Source: Flectonema sp. DT1601 (lineage: Eukaryota). From it: a DNA stretch of 64,000 bases. This document shows positions 9,837-23,200 of this stretch, one piece after another. The notes beneath the pieces are model-generated. The model did not search any database. It saw only the letters and a list, made by a program, of their open reading frames with translations, and had not been told where the DNA came from. Where the stretch lies: assembly GCA_964019425.1 (NCBI GenBank), contig OZ025796.1, positions 124,001 through 188,000 of the forward strand. The letters run 5' to 3'. Within the stretch, counting starts at the first letter, position 1; every line of letters begins with the position of its first letter. A program made the translations under genes and the position numbers.

Positions 9837-12745
9837 CTATGCATTATCACCTTCTCGGAGCCTGTTTAGAAGGTCAGTTTTCTTACCTGTTGCTGGGATG
9901 CTTCGAGCGGTGCACTCCACCTGGTTAGTTTTGAAATTGATAACGTTAAATCATAAGAGGGTAAAAAGTTAAGTAAAACCCATACTTGTAACTCACGATA
10001 AGTCATAGACGAATACTTGTCAGCAGCAGCATCTGCCTGACCAGGTGATGCCACCATTTCAACATCTTGATCTTGATCAGCTGCTTCTGTAGTTGTGGTT
10101 TCTGGTTCTGGTTCGTCGTTGGCTTCCATGTCCTCCATCTCAACGTCTTGTTGATCGACTACTCGTTCAATTGCACAGAAGTCTTTGATTCTTAAAGTTC
10201 TTGGGACGTCTATGAACGTATCACGTGCCTCTTTTAAACTAATAGATCCATCACACTTCGCTGCGAGAGTAGCATTTATTAAAGTCTTTGCATTGAACGT
10301 CTCTCCTGCTGTTGATGGTTTTCCCTTCTCTACGACTCTCGCGAAATATTGAAAGGCGAGTACTCCATCTCTGTCAATGTCTTTTGTAACTTCTTTTTGA
10401 GGTCCAGTTTCCCCAGTCTTCGATGATTCGATTAGCTCGCTGTACTTCGCGTTTGTTTCTTTGAGAAGCTTGTCTTTGATCTGTTTTTTTTTTATTTTTT
10501 TTATTCATAGATGGAAGTGCCCTACAATTTGGAGGGCCTGTAGGGCATCCGACGAAGCAACAGGTTAAGCGACACAGATCATTTCTGGAACTGATACTCA
10601 CAGTTATCAGCCCAGCTGTTGAATTACTTGAAGTTCCGTACAACAAAACATTCTTTGTGGATGAACAATGGGGAGGTGAAGCGAAATAATCAAGAAGAGG
10701 GGCTACCAGCTACAATCCCCCATCTTATAAACAATCTCAACGCTCCTGGAAGAACAGAGAACTACAGTCTCTTTCAGGCTCACTACCCACTCTAGTCGAG
10801 TAGATAAAACAGGCGATATTGCCCATTTACACTGACGAGATGGGTGCCGAATATGAAAACTGGATTGGACCAAAGGTGAGTTCACAGGTTTCTACTGTCA
10901 GGAGGCATGGCAGGATATTCTTCAAGATGACTATCCTTGTCTAGATAGTGCCTTTTCTTCTCTTGACGTCATCGCCTCCAACAAAAGGCGCAGGACAGAC
11001 TGTTGCAGCTTTTACTCGTAGAGCACAGCTTTTCATTAACAAGGATATAGGTTCTCTCAAACCATAGCAATGCTGACACTCAAGAGGAAGGGTACGGAAC
11101 TTCCAGCGATGGGAGTATTAGTAATTAAACTAACGCTGGTTCGTTCATCATATGGGATTCCTTTTATCGGGGTTTGTTTTATTTTGGCAATGCTTTCCTG
11201 TTGCACATTGCTGCGAGCTACAAGAAACTCTCAGCAAAATCCCTACGGTGTAAAAAAGAAACCTATCATCCCCGTATCACTCACATCATCCCGTACTACC
11301 CAGGTTGGAATTGGAATGCATAGACTGCACAGTTATCACATGTTACTTTCATTTTTCTCTCAGAACAAGAAGGATCTAACTATTTGTTGTGGCTGGTCCT
11401 CACGGTACCTTGTGAGAAAAAAAAAGAAGTTTACTGGTGGCAAGTAAACTGATGTCCGCCATGTTTATTATTAAATTTAATTATTGTAATATTGGCTTAA
11501 AAGAAAAGGCGGAAGACATACCGCAACTCTGCCTGGCTTCTTTTCTTCAACTTCCATTTCTGTTTCACCGCAGTCGTCATCGTCCCATTCAGCTTGTAAT
11601 TTTTTGAGATCTTCGGCGATTTCGTTTGATTTTTGAAGTTCCAATTCCTTAACTCTGTTGATAATCTTTTCTTCAGCACTCTTCAACATGTTTCTGTATT
11701 CTGTAACAGCCTGAGCTTCGTCGGATCTACGAGACAAGAAATTAGACACCTCCGACAAAAGTACAGACATCGTGATCTCATCAAGGATTTGAAATGCCGT
11801 ATTTACTTCAAGAGACTTGTTAGTTATTCCAGCAGAGCCTTCTCCTAAAAGAGTTAGAAATGGAACTGTAACAGGTGTCACTAGTCTGGTTGTTATCGCT
11901 GGTTTTGCTTCGATCTTTTCCGCTGTTTCGGTTGCCTCAACTGCTTCTACCGCAGCCTGTTCTTCAGCCAAACTCTTAAATACAGCAGCATCAGATATTT
12001 GTCTAAGGTCTGGTAGGACGTAAGTCGTTGTGTAGGATTGTGATCTATCTTTTTTCTCATGTGTAATCTCACATATTTTTGTCCAAGTAACTCCTGAGAA
12101 GTCGACACCAGTTTGCTGCTGAAGAAGAGTTTGAAGACCAGAAAGTGGATCATCTCTACTAACAATACCCCCATAACAGAATGGATTCTTATCAGTACCG
12201 GTACTATTCTTAGCACACACTAGTGATAGTGATTCAAGGATTGATGAGTTTTCAGATGTTGGATTATTAAATACGATTAGAGCTCTGTAACATGTTTCAC
12301 TCTCACCAGGAACACCATTCAAAGGTTTCAGAGATGGGTTCACTTTAGCAGCTCCCTTCTCTTCAGCAGCAATAGTTTCTTTATCGTTAACAGTGTGTTG
12401 CAATGGTTGTAAGAATGGAAGTGATGTGACCTCGTCAATAAAAGACTGTACTGAAAGTACACTCTCTGCCAATTGATGAGTAGCTGCTTTTCCTGTTCTA
12501 GCAAGTTGCTCATGAGCTGATCTCTGACCAGTGCTAAATGGAAGAAATGAAAGAATCTCAGCAAACACTTGTGGTCTCTTTACTGGTGCAGGTGTTGGTG
12601 CTGTTGCTCTACCTGCCTCACCTCTTGATGAATAAGGAGAGTACCGTGTTCCTACTATTGGTGGTCCACCACCTCTCTTTCCACCACCACCACCACCACC
12701 ACCACCACCGCCGTTTCGCCGTCTGTGTGTTGAGGGCCCTCCCAT
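9837..12745 (-). CDS. CCAR1/DBC1-like nuclear protein with C-terminal SAP domain, 3 exons (12745-11522, 10480-9986, 9920-9837)
   Basis: DBC1-domain-like QQQTGVDFSGVTWTKICEI..TTTYVLPDL, a coiled coil, an EF-hand-like LAFQYF segment and SAP motif YSSMTYRELQ/VECTARSIPATGKKTDLLNRL. Introns 10481-11521 and 9921-9985 restore a continuous frame. Confidence 0.75.
10510..11462 (-). ncRNA. Candidate ~950-nt structured intronic RNA of unknown family
   Basis: GC-richer, nearly homopolymer-free block filling a 1041-nt intron. It has many local hairpins and long-range helices (12 bp 11092-11103/10630-10641; 9 bp 11039-11047/10932-10940). Several stems extend only through G-U pairs on the minus strand. Confidence 0.6.
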
Positions 12746-12939
12746 TATTTTATTTGTCTTTTGATGCTGTGAATAGTTTGGTCAAAAAAAATGTAATAAA
12801 AAAATTTAAAAAAAAAAAAAAAAAACACAACCAAACCACAATGTTATGTCATTTGAGCACACAACACCAATGAAAGACATCACTGACTGAAATATTCTTA
12901 TTGAGAAAGGAAACAATCTCTCAGTTGATAGTAGCCTAC

Positions 12940-13197
12940 CTACTTGTCATTATTTGTGGTCACTTCAACATCAAATACCCTTCCTTTTCGTTCTCTGCTT
13001 TCTAATAGTATGCGTTCATCATTCATCCTCTTTGCGTGAAGTTCTCTCTTAAAACCATTTCTCCGTTTCACAGCTTCCTTTGCCCACAATTTCTGACTGA
13101 GTCTATATAACTGAGTTGTGTCTTGAGCTGCTTTTTCACTCATGTTGTTACTTATTTCATAATATCGTCGTTGGACCATTAGTGAAGAGCGATACAT
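12940..13197 (-). CDS. Small hypothetical protein (85 aa), possibly mitochondrial
   Basis: ATG-started ORF without homopolymers, on the same strand as its neighbours, with an Arg/Ser-rich N-terminus. No recognisable domain. Confidence 0.55.
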   Translation of the reverse strand: MYRSSLMVQRRYYEISNNMSEKAAQDTTQLYRLSQKLWAKEAVKRRNGFKRELHAKRMNDERILLESRERKGRVFDVEVTTNNDK

Positions 13198-13622
13198 CTT
13201 ATTTCAAATCCTACTTCGAATAAAAGGAGACGAACTTTATCAATACGATCTATTCTTTGCCTTCCTTCAAATCATTTTTTACCTTTGAGATGTGTAATTG
13301 AAAGTTAATTACAATCGACTAACACAAAATAGAAAGTTGCCTACAATTGGAAGCTGTTTTTCCCAAAAGTGGGAGGTAAACGACTCGACTTTTTTTTTTC
13401 TTCTTTTTTTTCTTCCGTTTACGGGGGGAAACTTTTTTTTTTTTTTTTTGCATTTTCCTGCTGAGAATTTACAAACTCTCCATAACAAGAATGCCTCATT
13501 TTTTTTTAATTTTTCCTTCCCCCCTCCTGCCTACATAACAAACGTAACGAATGCTTACAAAAGGTGAGGACCTCTTGCTTAACTAAAATGACAAAATTCT
13601 CACTTTTTACAAACCGACTTGG

Positions 13623-14080
13623 CTATGCACCGAAGATGTTTGGGTACTGGTTACGAAGCTTGCACTGTGTGTGTTGTGTTGGTTGTGTTTTAATGTCATT
13701 TATGAAATTAATAATCACAAAAAAGTACATACGATCTCACTGTAAAGCTCTGTGTCGGAGTGTTCTTCAGTCATGGAAACACTTCCCTCATCTCTGATTC
13801 GGATTTCTACGGAGGCTCCTGCCATTTGTAAGTTGACAGTTCCTCTGATTAAAACGTTGTCTAGGAGTTCATCACCGGGGTTTTTCTCTAGAGTAATTGT
13901 TACTCCGTCTGTTGTCACGGCTGTTACTTCACCCCCTACAACCTGAGCAATTCTGGCTAAGATCGAAACAGTCTTTCCATTCCATCTTGAATCCCCTAAT
14001 TCGCATCCCAATACCATCGGGTATGTCTTTCCAACTTCACCCATCACTCCTTCTGTAGTAGTTCCAGATTCGAAATCCAT
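13623..14080 (-). CDS. RPA3: Replication protein A 14-kDa subunit-like OB-fold protein, 2 exons (14080-13733, 13664-13623)
   Basis: PMV..L....GKTVSILARI..TTDG..ITL..VLIRGTV..DTELY pattern. Intron 13665-13732 (GTATGT..CAG) gives the C-terminus CKLRNQYPNIFGA. Confidence 0.72.
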
Positions 14081-14248
14081 TTCTTTTAACAAATTCGATA
14101 GAGATAAAAAATCTGTGATAACTAACGTTAAATAACAACCACACAAGACACATATAAAGATAACTAAATAAGTATAAAGAACTATAGTATTACCACAGTA
14201 GTGATCTCCAAATGAACAGATACAAAATAAAATTGTGTAAATGATTAA

Positions 14249-17200
14249 TTAATGTAAACATAAAACAGATATCAGCAAGACAATCATCACATAATGAGGT
14301 CTGTCGACTGATGCTATTGAACTATCAACTGGTCCGTCGTAATAAATACCTTCAGAGCTATATGACCAAGGAGGTAACACCGGCTCTGGAGTCGGCGGTA
14401 AAGTCACCAACTCTGAAACTACTTTGAACGATTGTTGCAAGATACTCTCACTACCTCCAGGTGAGACAGCATCTTGGAGAAGAAACAAAACAGAATCAGG
14501 ATTAGAAGATGAAACGGTAAAGAAAACTTTATAAATAGTCTCAGCAAACTGTAAGACTCTATACGTTCGGGAGTCGCATGATATTCTTTCACCAGTTTTG
14601 ATAGAATGCCTACAAAGTTTATCAATTCGCATATGTGACACATCCACAGCTGTTGTAGTTTCAATAACTGATAAGAACAGCAGCGGATCAAATGTAGTCC
14701 CCTGAACGCTTAATACAAAATGAACATCAGATAAAATTTGTTGAGTCAGAGTAAAAGAATTATATCCAACAAGTTGAACTGTAAAGGTTAAGTTCCCAAC
14801 CTCAAGATCGAGAGTCCCAGATTGAATTTCAGTTTCGAGTCGGAATAAGAATTCAACGACACCACCCACCGCAATGACATTCGTTGTATTTCCAACTATG
14901 AACGAATTATCTGAATTTGAAACCATCAGCGTGTGTTCCGTGAAATAATCACCACTGTGTCTCTCACCTGAAGCTGTAGTCGTTTCTAATTTTATGATAT
15001 TATTACGCAGCGCGAATACCTCTAATTGTTGATTAGAAAAGAGTCTTAAACCTGAAACAGGAACCCAAACAATATTTGTTTTGAGAATTGGAAAAGAATC
15101 CATCCTCACAATAAACCAATTAACAATATCAACAGTTGAGGTATCATTACTGACAGAATCAAAGTCGTCATTTGGTTGTGATAGAAATAGTTCACCAGAT
15201 CCGTTGAAGAAATTAAATCCAAAACCTGACGATAATGGATTCATTAGTTTCCAAGGGTCAAACTGATCATCTTCATCTGAAATAAAAACAGCAGTGAACT
15301 GCTCTCCATTAATAGAACTGTCAACGTTACCAAAGTCATCCACAGCTGATATTTTTATAATCGCTTGTTTGGTTCCTTGAACATCAACACCCATGGGTAG
15401 ATCATTTACCAATTTTGTCGCTTGAATGCCAATTGTGAAATTATCACTCTCTCCATGTATCAGTCGATTACTACCTGTAAGGTGGATCTCAACAGAGAAT
15501 GAGCATTTTTTATTTTTAAACGTCGGCTGTAATGCTTTCACCGTGACTGTAGATTCACCTTCGACAGTGTTTTCACTTCTAGTTTCGATGTCACAAGTTC
15601 CATTGTTTGATATTATAACAACTGAAGATCCACGGTCACCCAAAACAATATTGTTATTTTTATCTAAAATCGACACAATAAAAACAGCATCAACCCCAAC
15701 AACTATATCACTAACCTGGTTCACCACAGCTGAGTATGCTTCTTGAGAAACAAACACCAACTCATAATTTATTATTGGCAGACTCCCTTTAAACAACACA
15801 GCACATGTTCCAACAGCGTTAAACGACAATAACACAATCGACGTATTGGTAAGAGTGTGAGAGTATAGCCCAGATATGGATTGTTTTGGAATGTCACAAA
15901 CACTTCCATAAATTGAAACATCAATCGAGATTCTATTCATTTGATAATTGTGAACAGTATTTCCAAGTGAATCTTCTACTGCTACGACGATATTCACTTC
16001 ATTCCCGAGTACAACATTTAAAGAGCTGACATGCAATCGAAGAGCTGTTGCTGTTGGTTCAATAAGTGATATCGCAATGCTACCTTTTGATGTGATTCCT
16101 GGATTGATTTGAAGGATGCAAATCTTTTCAGTTGTCGCAGTGAATCTAACAGACAATTCCATAACAGATCGTTCCTCAAAGACTATCGTTTTATTATTCG
16201 ATATGCTTTCGATACCTCGAACAGCAAAAATACAACTGCTGTTAAGTACGACTAGTGATTTTTTAACATAAACGACAGTTGGAGGTTCGTAGCTGGTAAT
16301 TGATACTGCGAACCAGTTTAAAAAAGCAACAGGTGATCCCCAAGATAGTCGACGTTGACTGCGTTCGATTCCGAATAGAATCTTATTTTGAATCGGCGAC
16401 ATGATAGAAATCTTTTTACTTTCACCGAAGATCTGCATGTTTGATGTGAAACTTGTACAACAAGTAACTGATATCGTTGACACTCCTGAAGACGTAAACG
16501 ATCCATTAATAGAAACTTCTCCATCTCGAAACAGCAACAACTCCCCTTCAGATACTTGGAATGATCCCTTCGGTAATATCAACGAATACCTCGCAAATAA
16601 ATGTCTCATCGAAGTGTCTCCACCAACACTGAAATCCCTCCAACCGAAATTATCGACTGCCGTTACTTTTACCATCAGCGTTTGATTAACGTAGAATGGG
16701 GGTTTTGATGTTATTGTAATCATCAGTGTTGAAGCTGATGCATAAATTGGCATTACCCAATTTTGGTTTGTGTCACTTCGTAATGACAGAAGACACCTTG
16801 AACATGGATGTGATACTTCCAATAGAATAGAATACAATCCATTATCGATTGTTGAATCTTTTACTCGTATCAACACTGATCCGTTGGTTACAAAAAGACT
16901 TCGTCTTGAATCGATAAACTCCCTGTGTTGTAACACAGTATTACCACCACCATCAATAGCCTCCAGTACTACTGAGAAGGCTTGTAGTCTTATCGCTGTT
17001 TTCGGATGGTATCTTATGATGTATTTCTTAAAAGGGGCTTCAATACGAAACACTTGTCCACTGACACCTGTCAGGTAGAATTCTCTCTCAGATAACCCTC
17101 CTCCGGGAACATTCATCGGACGTACTGCAATCCTACAGGCAATACAGCTTTCACTAAAGAATAACACCACTGAAGTCTCCGCTGAGGTAAAAAAATGACT

Positions 17201-20200
17201 CTTAGGTTCAATTCCGAGTGAACGATTCTTTTGATACATCTGATTAGAGATGTGAGTAGGATCTGGAATGACAGAGAAGTGCAATGTGACACCAGAAGAC
17301 GGAGAACTGACAGCAATCTTGTTGAACATTTTTAAGACAGAGGAGAAGCTGATTGGGACGCCAACAGCAACTGAGAGCATATTTGATGGCAACACGTGAT
17401 TTAGTGCCACCAACTGAGGAGTACCAACTTTAACAGAAACATTAACATCAACATACGAGTACCTAGCTGGCAGCACGCAGTCAACAGTTGTGCAGGAGTC
17501 TGGAAGAAGTGAAAATCTAATTTCACAGTTCTCGCAAGGTGATCCAAAATGAAGCCAAACAATCGAAGCACCATTAACAACCTTTGCTGGAGAAGTCAAT
17601 AACGGAAGTCCAGCATTACAACCTGTAGTAGGTGATAATAAAGTTGGGGTTACGATACCTGATATTGACAGTGATGGATATCCGTGAGAGTCAACAACAT
17701 TGACGCTAACTGGGAATGCTTGTTTTGCTATCGCAGTACCATCTTGTAATGACCAAGAAGGGTTACCAGATTGTAAAACATTATCAGATGAAACAATCTG
17801 AACTGATGAACCTGACACTCCACTTACAACAACTCTTGATGGTAGTTCTGGTGCTCTCCAGTATGTTGAATGTGGGAAGGTGTAAGAGCCGAGTGGGAAT
17901 CCCAATTGGTTAGTTGCCTCAGTCATAACTTTTAGTCTTCCCCACATATCTCTCGATAAGGAATCATCCTTAGTCGCTGGGTTCAGTCCAAGTATTGAAA
18001 ATTGTAATCCACTTCGATTCCCATTTAGAACATCTGAGAGCCGCCGTTCAATTGACGAGGTTCCCGAAAGCCATTTAGATATGACTTCTTCTCCATCATC
18101 TTGACACTGTGAGTTGGGACATGTGAAACGTTGAACACCAACACCCCCTTCTTTACGTAGATAAACTCTCGCAGATAAAGAATAATCAATAATCCCAGCA
18201 TCATCAACAGCGTAGACCTGAAGGTTTATGAGAGGATCAGTAACTGGATACGCACCTCTAGCTGGTAATCTCGTAGCGTTGGTGTCATTAACCGGCAGGT
18301 CAGGTTTTATAAACAACGATGTGGCTACAGGTCTCAACGATACAGCTATCTTACTACCAGATACGACTTTTGCAGAATCTTCAAAAGAGATAAAACATTG
18401 AAGACAAGGTGACGTAATATGAAAATGAAACACAGCTTCACCCTTTACAAAAGGAGCTCCTAATTTTGAGTGATTCACATTAGACATTACCAAAGAACCC
18501 CCATTACCTTCTGTTGCTTTATTACCAACAAATTGCGAAGACAAAACTGCGTATCCTCTCTTCGATTGCCCAGAGTAACTGGCGTCAGGTGTTTTGTAAG
18601 CGTCAGCAGCAAACACAGTCATTGTAACTTGTTCTTTGGTTTTTAACTCGTACCAGTTTGGATTTAATTGTGCAACGACCCCGGGTCCTTCAAGTGTTTT
18701 TATTAGGTATTGAGTTGCAACTGGTCGAGAGAAGATCTCAAATGATGTGAGTTCACAGCTGCGAGTTGTTTCTAACTGCGTCCAGGAATCTGATGAAATA
18801 GGTGCTGAAAACTTTATAAAACAATTCGAACAAACAGACGCAAACTGTGCGAGGATATGAACCATTCCGTTAACAAGTTGATAATTTTTATTTTCCTCAA
18901 CCAGATTAACTCCACTACTACCAGACAACTTTACAGATATTGACGATCTAATATTTAATCCCGTTGAGCTCACTGTTCTAACAATTACATAAAACTGAGA
19001 ACCAACTGATGCTCTGTGAAGTCTTGGATTCGGATCTGCTGAGCATTCTATTCTATCAATAGTACTGACAACACTAAAAGGTGATAACGACAAGATAGAT
19101 CCTCCCCATGAATTTCTAACTGAAATGATACATCTCTGACAAGGTGTAGTAACTCTGAGGTTTTTAAACGTTGCGATTCCGTCAACAAAACTAGCCGTAA
19201 GATTTCCCAATAAGAGTGGTTTATCATAATCTAAACCACAGCAATCGGATAAGAAGACCGTTCCCAAACCCTGATTGCCATCATCTCGAATACCACGACC
19301 ATCAACAGCTGTTATTACTAGTGTTTCAAAATAAACATTCATTCCAATCATATTTGATAGCTCAGACAACAATAGTAATCTACTGCTAATAGTTCTTATC
19401 GACACAAATATAGAACAGTTTGAAAACTTGTTTCCGTTTGATAAAATAACTGTTAGCTTACACTTACTTAATTTGCTACATCCCTGAAGCATTTTAATAC
19501 TTATAATTAAATTTCGTTTATCGTGTGGTGGTGTTGGAGATGAAGTTGAAATCGGAACAGCAACAATACGACCAGATATGGGAGGGATGTGTAAGGTGTG
19601 TTGAAGCATCGCATCAACAGAAACAGGGATTCCTTCATGATTCTCACCTCTTAGCTCGAAGTCATAGATCTCCCCAACTTGAAATATACCCTCGGGTACT
19701 TGATTGAGTGATATTATCCTTTCAGCTTTGACTGGTTTTATTAATACATCTAATCTACCCATAGTAATCCACTCTCCGTCATCACGATAAATACCTACAT
19801 TAAATACCAATACTATACTGTTCATTAATGGCTTTGTTGGTTTCAGTTTAAATATTGAACTGAGCTCTCCTTTTTTAAATTCCGACTTAAACACAAGTCC
19901 CGTATCACTTGCACATCCTCCAACACAGTTAATGTTGATTTGTCTGAGCGCGCTTGAGTGACTTTCGTTGAAAAAAACCCACGCAGGATACGATGTCGAC
20001 TCAGCAAAAACTGAGTTGTTGTTTAATAAAAATGATTTTATTAAAAGCGATTGTCCTTCCCAAAGTGTTTTATAATACAAATTACCTGGATTGATATGCG
20101 GGATAGGTACGATAACATTCACCATACTGGGTGACAATATCACTGGAGCAGACTGAATACCATTCCAATGCATTGAAGTATCTGACAGAGTGGAAATCGC

Positions 20201-23200
20201 TTTTCCCTTAACAACACATTCTTCATAATAGCATCCATGTGGTATTTGGATCACGACAGATGCGTGTCCTTTGTTAAAAAAAGTTTTATCTTTACCCCAT
20301 CCGTATAAATTATTGTTATCAGTACAAGTTTGAGAAGTGACAGAGTATGAGTTTCGTAAGAATGATTTACCTGACAGGGTGACTATAATGTAACATGACC
20401 AGTGATCTACTACTACTTGTCCTCGGTCTGATAGTAGAAAAAATGATAATCTAAAAAACGAACCTTCACTAACAACGTCATTCGTATAATTGTCTAAGAC
20501 AGTAAATGAATTTGATAATATTTCCAAATCCTCGTATGTAACGTTCATTGATTTAATTTTAAAGTCTTCACTCCCAGTTGTTAATTGTTGAGTTCCAAGA
20601 GACGCACTCTCTCCATTTCTCAACGCTAATGTTGGAATTTGAATCCAAACACCAGATCGTATCCTAGTCCCAACAGCAGAATTCCTTCTTATGTAACAAA
20701 CAACATTAAATGTGTTTGATTTCCATGATTCTGTTGACAGTACTAAAGTTTCAGCTTGTGATAAATAACCTGATGAACTAAGAGATGATGTCAATGGATG
20801 TAGTGAAGTATCACCTGACAGACATCCGAGTGGATTAGTTAAAAGTGATATTACTTTTATACTGTCAGCTGTTGACACTTTTTCAGGTATTTCAGTTTCC
20901 TGAACTGAAATCGCTGATATAGACGGAGCTGATTCCGGGATTGGTACACTCGTAGCCCACTCATCTATTAATGAAACTTTTCTTACCAAACTATTCCATA
21001 AGTAGTAGACAGCTGATTGGACTACATCTATCCTACCAACACTTATCCAAATATCAACCCTACTGTAGTAATAACATAAAGTATACTTACCTTCTATGGG
21101 AGGAACAACAGCTGAAATAGTCATCGAAGTAGTGGTAGAAGATGATAAGTTACTAGTTTGGGTGGTTATGTTGATGGAAGTATCAGTGCAACTGTCAGGT
21201 AACTCTTCAGATACAATCATAAATAAATCAGTATCCGAAGAAATAGAATTACTAACACCGTCTACCTTGATACTATTCTCTAACACAGACCCAGCCACAA
21301 TCGCTGTCGGAACATCCGTAGCGTTGTAAGATGAACTTCCAGTGAATGATGCTTGTCGGACTTCCTCGATAATTTGAAGGAGGGAGGTGCTATTTAATGG
21401 TTTAATCTCCAACCAAATACCTCCAGTAGCTTCATTCTTATAACATATTCGATACTGTCCTGATTGCCTAGGTAGTGTTATGGTTAATAATGAATATTGT
21501 AGATTCTTATAACCACTCGGTCTGATTATGTTAGTCGCTACTCGTGGAGATCCAGATCCACAGAAATACTTTTCAGATATTATCTCAGCAAAGTCGATGT
21601 CAGGATTGAAAGAAACACATTGCGGACAACTACTCCGAGAGAATCGAACTTGAACGATACTTCCTCCAATATAAGTATCTGTTCCTAGAGAAGGTAGTAT
21701 AGAGTACATCATAAAGGATGATGTGATACTAACAGAGGGTGTCATTTGAAACCAAGACTGCGACGTTCCATAACAAGCAACCATCTTCTGCGGTATTTTA
21801 AAATCGTGAACCGGATTTGTATATTTTGATATCGCGATTTTTGATCCATTTAAAGATGTTTTTAATTGAAAATTTGACGTTAAAGTTTCCTGAACAGCTT
21901 GTTGTTGACAGTCGATGTCGGTTCCTTTATACAAAACTAATTTAAAGGAATCAGACGACTGCAAACTATGACCAAAATCACTATAAAACACGATCTCTGA
22001 TAACGATCCTGAACGACTTGATGACACGCTATGACGAACAGTGAAACCATTCGATGGAGTCAAACCTTTTGTTCTTTCATTCGTATTGGTTACTTCTATC
22101 GATAGCTGTAAAACATTTTCTGATCCAAAAGGAAAATAACACAACGAATACGACTCTCGACTCCCAATCTGTTTTGGTAATAAAACAGAAAACGTTGCTG
22201 TACTATAACCCGAAGAATCAGTGACTGGAATTGAAATCGTTTGATAAGACTCCAGAGGAGTTAAATAGCAAAATGATTCGTTTTGAAGAATTGAGATTAT
22301 GTCATTTGGATTCATGATGTATTTGTCTTTGTGTGATTTTAACGTAACGAGAGTTATCGATGATTCAATTAGTTCAGAAACAGATGCGTAGAGTTGTATC
22401 TCAGCTGATGTTCGAAGTATAAAAGAATCCTCTTGTCGATAAACAACTCCATCACTTCCGGGAGCTCTGTAATATCGGTTTTCAAAATAGTTCGGATTCT
22501 CAATCGTTATCCAATTCCGAGAACCTAATTTCAGACATACGAAATATCCATCTGTCTCACCACTACTACTTCCTGAGACCAGTGATGGGAATGAGAAAGG
22601 AGGTAATAGTAACCATGCTGTCAACATCCCTTTGTTAATATTAGTATCGATGGAGTTGTACTGTGAGATGTCCCACGTCTCACTTAGTGGATGTAAAGGA
22701 TTGTCTGCGAGACAATTCCCATTCACATATGAACTTATAATTTTAACAGCGATGCTTCGTTCGTCAACGATGGTGTCAACTTCGTGCCAGGTATTTTTCA
22801 CCGGGCTTATCGTTTTGCTCGAAACGACGTCAAAGAGAACGACCGGAGCAAAAGTACCTCCGCGGGTATCGTTGATCGAGTAAGTCACGTTTACGGTGGT
22901 CGCAGTCGGGTGGACCAAACTTCCTAAAACTCTCCAATTATCATCTTGTTGTCGATAGCAAACAAAACTACTTTGAGTAGGTACCTTAAAGTAACCGTAC
23001 GTAGTATTCGATATTTCTTCATCGACTTTCATAAAATTAATTTCTCGTGGATTACCTCCCAAGTCAAAACTCTCCAGATCACTATCACTATGCCAACATC
23101 CTTTATAAGGATATAAAGTCTCAGAAGCAGTGTCGTATAACTGAGAAGGATATGAAAAGAAAACACTATACGGGACGACACGAAATGCATCACCACCAAC

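Noticed and set aside
10374..11447. Short ORFs inside the long intron (10374-10646, 10703-10885, 11070-11447)
   Set aside because: No recognisable domains, they are in mixed frames and strands, and the host gene splices in frame without them.
10510..11462. Telomerase RNA, RNase P/MRP, snR30/U17 or group I/II intron identity for the intronic RNA
   Set aside because: I found no CCCUAA-type template, no convincing P4 CR-I/CR-V pair, only partial m1/m2-like words, and no group II domain V or group I P7 signature.
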